Source of the DNA: a virus
Taxonomy: Duplodnaviria > Caudoviricetes
Direction: 5' to 3' (one strand)
Virus record (IMG/VR): IMGVR_UViG_3300041583_000371
Location: 18,992-82,991 of that record
DNA length: 64,000 nt
The translations under genes were made by a program, and so were the position numbers. This document shows, in pieces, positions 60,532 through 64,000 of this stretch. The notes beneath the pieces were generated by a model, which saw only the letters and a list, made by a program, of their open reading frames with translations, was not told the DNA's origin and ran no database searches. Position 1 is the stretch's first letter. The number at the start of each line of letters is the position of its first letter.

Positions 60532-61011
60532 ATGAAAACACTTAAAGAATTCATGCAAGAAAGAAAGAAAGTACATTGCACTTATTTACGATGATGAGAC
60601 CCAAGTAAAACTTCGTGAATGGGCGATAAATAATGGGTTCGATCTTACCATAAACTATGATGGTGAAGCTCAGGAAGAAAAAGATTTCGATTTTCACACC
60701 ACTATTTTTTATACCACTAATGAAGTATACTTAAAAAATAAAACAATCCCAGAACCCCCTACAGAAGTAAAAGTATCGGGAATAAAATTTCTTGGTGTGA
60801 ATCAAGATGTGTCCGTATTGTCTGTATCATTGTCAGGTAGAATAAAAAAATTAGAGGTGATTTCGAGATGATGGGCTTGTTAGATAAATGGCCTTCCTAC
60901 AAACCGCACATTTCATTGTCATATCGTAATGACAAAGTATCACCGGATAATGTAGTATTGCCAGATTTTAAGCTAAAATTCGATAAAATAGTAATAGAAG
61001 GATTGAAGTGA
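60532..61011 (+). CDS. acb1: Acb1/gp57B-like 2H phosphoesterase with two frameshifts
   Basis: manual reading: FHTTIFY and YKPHISLSY (two HxT/S motifs); stop overlaps next GTG. Confidence 0.7.
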
Positions 61012-61667
61012 ATTTTGTACATGATGGTGCTTTTACATTTCCAGAGTTGAGTGTAGTTACTACCCCAAACGGAAGATTTTATACAACACCCCAAGGCAAC
61101 AGTTACCCATCTGTCACTACTGTAATCAGTAAGGGCACTGACCAATCTTGGAAAGATAAATGGGTTAAAAGAGTTGGCGAAGATGAAGCCAAAAAGATTT
61201 CTAAGATTGCATCCAGAAGAGGCGAATCCGTCCACGAGATAATCGAAAAATACTTAAAAAACGATCCAAATTACAAACAAGGCAAAAATATATTTGACAT
61301 TCAAAATTTTGATGATATAAAAGATATATTAGATTCGAATATAGGAAACATAGAAAAGCTCGAAGTCCCTTTATGGTCAAATTTTCTGCGAGTTGCGGGC
61401 AGGGTAGACTGCATTGCGCAATGGAATGGAACTTGGTCTATTGTAGATTTCAAAACGAGCAAAAAGCAAAAAACAAAGGATCAAGTATTTCATTATATGT
61501 GCCAAGAAGCAGCGTATGCTTACATGTTTTTTGAGATGACTGGAAAGCCGATTGGTCAGATAGTGACTATAATTACGGTAGATGATGATCAGCCACAAGT
61601 GTTTGTTGAGAGAACAAAGTCTTACCTTCCACATTTTATAAAAATAAGAGAATCAATAGAAATTTAG
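61008..61667 (+). CDS. PD-(D/E)XK exonuclease
   Basis: YPSVTTV, RG..VH, AGRVDC, DFKTS, Q..AYA. Confidence 0.85.
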   Translation: MNFVHDGAFTFPELSVVTTPNGRFYTTPQGNSYPSVTTVISKGTDQSWKDKWVKRVGEDEAKKISKIASRRGESVHEIIEKYLKNDPNYKQGKNIFDIQNFDDIKDILDSNIGNIEKLEVPLWSNFLRVAGRVDCIAQWNGTWSIVDFKTSKKQKTKDQVFHYMCQEAAYAYMFFEMTGKPIGQIVTIITVDDDQPQVFVERTKSYLPHFIKIRESIEI

Positions 61668-61676
61668 GGGAACAAC

Positions 61677-61979
61677 ATGAAATATCTGATAATTTGCGAA
61701 AAAAGAGGTGTCTTTTTAGGTACGTACTCACGACTTGGATTTTTCAGTTTACTTGACAATTTTGGTTCTTACAAAGCACCTGCCTTTGATAGCATAAAAG
61801 ATGCCATAGATTATGCAGAAGAATTTATGAATATTGACAAAACACAGAAATTCATGTATCCTTCATTTAGCACAAAAGAAAAACACATATCAATAATTGA
61901 CATTGCAAGATCCGGCTATGGCCAATATGCTGGTGATATGATGTCAAACTTACCAAATTATTCTGAAACCATGCACTGA
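61677..61979 (+). CDS. hypothetical protein
   Basis: ORF with AGGGGA RBS. Confidence 0.6.
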   Translation: MKYLIICEKRGVFLGTYSRLGFFSLLDNFGSYKAPAFDSIKDAIDYAEEFMNIDKTQKFMYPSFSTKEKHISIIDIARSGYGQYAGDMMSNLPNYSETMH

Positions 61980-62047
61980 AGTAAGAAACATGTTGACACG
62001 ATTGTGATTATAATATATACATGTTAAGTATAGAAATTAGGAAAAAT

Positions 62048-62392
62048 ATGAAACCAGTAGCAGCAACTATAAACGCATTGATTCAAGGGTTTGCCTTCGT
62101 AGGCACCTTTCAATTTAACATAGTATGGGCAATCTATCCTCTTATAATGCTAACAGTATTAATTATACTGGCACAGACAATAACATCAGCATTTGCAATA
62201 GCAAACCTTGAAAACGCTATCAAAACACCACCTACCGACATCCATGTTGGTCTAAATGTTCTTGTTGGTTTTATGTATGCTGCATCTACATATCTTCTTT
62301 TCAGCTTAGGATATGTTTTTTTTGCGGGTGTTTTGTCAACGCATGTTGCGATATATCTTTTGACTATACTCTTTAAAAAGGAGACCAAATGA
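62048..62392 (+). CDS. membrane protein
   Basis: several hydrophobic segments; follows promoter at 61993. Confidence 0.6.
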   Translation: MKPVAATINALIQGFAFVGTFQFNIVWAIYPLIMLTVLIILAQTITSAFAIANLENAIKTPPTDIHVGLNVLVGFMYAASTYLLFSLGYVFFAGVLSTHVAIYLLTILFKKETK

Positions 62393-62832
62393 CAGCTGTA
62401 TTATACATAATTGCAAGAAATGACTTGGATTCTATGAACAGCGGCAAATTGGCTGCGCAATGTTCACATGCCTCTAATGCTTTCATCAACCATGCAAGAA
62501 AACATAAAATGCCAAATTATTCTGTAACTACCACAGCAGTATTGGGCGACAACTTTATTGATGACACCACAGCATGGGAAAATGAAACCACACAAGGATT
62601 TGGAACTGTCCTTGTACTTGAAGGAAGTATGAATAAAATCAAACCAGTTGTTGAAATCTTTAAGCGTTTGAACTATATTGCTGGTATCGTACACGATCCA
62701 ACATATCCTATTTTAGATGGGCAAGTCGTACACCACATACCGCTTGATACTTGTTCATACATTTTTGTACCAAACAAAGAAGAGGATATACTTGCTAAGA
62801 CACTACTACAAGATTTTACACTACACAAATAA
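62389..62832 (+). CDS. peptidyl-tRNA hydrolase type 2 (Pth2)-like
   Basis: I.R.DL..M..GKLAAQCSHA, W, ends L.K. Confidence 0.7.
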   Translation: MTAVLYIIARNDLDSMNSGKLAAQCSHASNAFINHARKHKMPNYSVTTTAVLGDNFIDDTTAWENETTQGFGTVLVLEGSMNKIKPVVEIFKRLNYIAGIVHDPTYPILDGQVVHHIPLDTCSYIFVPNKEEDILAKTLLQDFTLHK

Positions 62833-62855
62833 ATAACCCTACAGGAGATTACATT

Positions 62856-63104
62856 ATGAACGATAACGCATATTCGGTAACAGCTGACGAACTACGTCAA
62901 ATCATCGAACAATACGAAACCATGCAATCTGAAAAACAAGACGTGAATGAACGCCAAAAAGAATTAATGGCAGACGCAAAAGGACGTGGATATGACACAA
63001 AAATTCTAAAGAAAATTGTAGCAATTCGCAAACGCAACCGTGACGATATCGCGGAAGAAGAAGCCGTACAAGAAATGTACATGACTGCATTGGGAATGCT
63101 TTAA
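62856..63104 (+). CDS. gapR: GapR/DUF2312 nucleoid-associated protein homolog
   Basis: ELRQ.IE..E....EK......KE..A.AKGRGYDTK.....A.RK....EE.A....Y..ALGM. Confidence 0.88.
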   Translation: MNDNAYSVTADELRQIIEQYETMQSEKQDVNERQKELMADAKGRGYDTKILKKIVAIRKRNRDDIAEEEAVQEMYMTALGML

Positions 63105-63132
63105 CAATGTATGGGATCGGAATAAATGTGTT

Positions 63133-64000
63133 ATGAGTAGAAAAATTCTGGTCCCACCAAAGCAAGAGCTAATAGATATCTATGCCAAAGAAGGAAATAC
63201 CATTTCTTCTTTGGCAAGACTATACAACACCTCTAACCCTACAATGAGAAGTTGGCTTGTAAAATATGAAATATATCTAAAAGACCAAAAACAAGCATCA
63301 ACAGAGGCCAACAATAGGCATAAAATACATTCAAAACCAACAAAAGAAGTATTGACAACCCTATATGAAGAATCTACTATAAAGTCGCTATCATCATATT
63401 ACAACGTGAGTCTTGCAACTATATATGAATGGCTATTAGAATATGACATACAAACGCGAACATTGTCTGAATCAACAAAAAAATGCAAGCAAATTCAATA
63501 TGAAAATATTCAGTTCACAAAAGAATATCTCGTATCGCAGTATGATACCAAACAGTCTATATTAGTGTTGGCAGAAAAACTTGGCGTATCAAAAACACAT
63601 ATTAGAAAACAACTTTTGATAAATGGCATAAAAATATTGCCCATCGATCCATCTTGGAGAAGCAAAGCCGAAATATCACTTTATGAATATCTCATAGAAA
63701 ACTTCCCCAATGACAACTGGAAAAACAATGATAAGTCTATAATACAACCATTTGAATTAGATATTGTAAATGTTGACAAGAAGATTGCTATTGAATATTG
63801 TGGCCTGTATTGGCATTCAGAAGCATCAAGTGGAAAGAAAAAAAACTACCACAAGAATAAATATCTGATGTGCAAAGAAAAGGGATATAAACTTGTAACC
63901 ATACTCGAGTCTGATAATATGGAAAAAGTCAAAAATCTACTGCTAAAACTCTTTGGAAAAACTATAAAAATCGGCGCAAGAAATACTACTTTGAAAGCAC
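63133..64000 (+). mobile_element. Hef-like homing endonuclease with N-terminal HTH-like repeats (truncated by window end)
   Basis: manual translation: three LA..Y/LGVS..T...WL-type repeats, then SKAE, ELDI, IAIEYCGLYWHS, YH.NK...C..KG..L. Confidence 0.7.

Noticed and set aside
61008-61667. CRISPR-associated Cas4
   Set aside because: Lacks the four-Cys Fe-S pattern and any cas context; typical phage PD-(D/E)XK exonuclease
1-64000. Minus-strand ORFs in the supplied track
   Set aside because: Nearly all are shadows of + strand genes, without RBS or recognisable motifs
1-64000. tRNA, rRNA or CRISPR array
   Set aside because: No cloverleaf/T-loop signature or regularly spaced repeat-spacer series seen by eye; tRNAscan-SE would be decisive

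Overview
This window is part of a large, AT-rich, T4-like myophage genome, with essentially all real genes on the + strand. Evidence: a gp61-type primase, DHFR/thymidylate synthase, nrdA/nrdB, RNase H, a Dda-like helicase, DNA ligase, a PAAR protein, PhoH, TATAAATA late promoters and many TTGACA-N17-TAnnnT early promoters. A Rhodobacter-like HemA and a GapR homolog point to an alphaproteobacterial, probably Rhodobacteraceae, host (inference). Layout: ~2.8-10.8 kb late genes for putative head-internal proteins; 9.6-12.3 kb lysis genes; 12.4-20.4 kb replication and nucleotide metabolism; 20.5-56 kb promoter-dense accessory region; 56.5-64 kb rnh/phoH/PAAR/exonuclease block. Highlights: (1) nrdA is fractured at the catalytic Cys by a split intein with a MobE-like HNH gene between the halves, whose RBS lies in a hairpin overlapping a late promoter; (2) a family of modular putative capsid-cargo proteins sharing leaders and KESL(D/S)E linkers, one module bounded by a 24-bp direct repeat; (3) a phage 5-aminolevulinate synthase; (4) a frameshift-hidden Acb1/gp57B-like 2H phosphoesterase missing from the ORF track; (5) Nampt and RNA-repair-type genes. 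Several single-base A-run frameshifts look like sequencing errors. All family calls come from reading motifs by eye; no database search was run.
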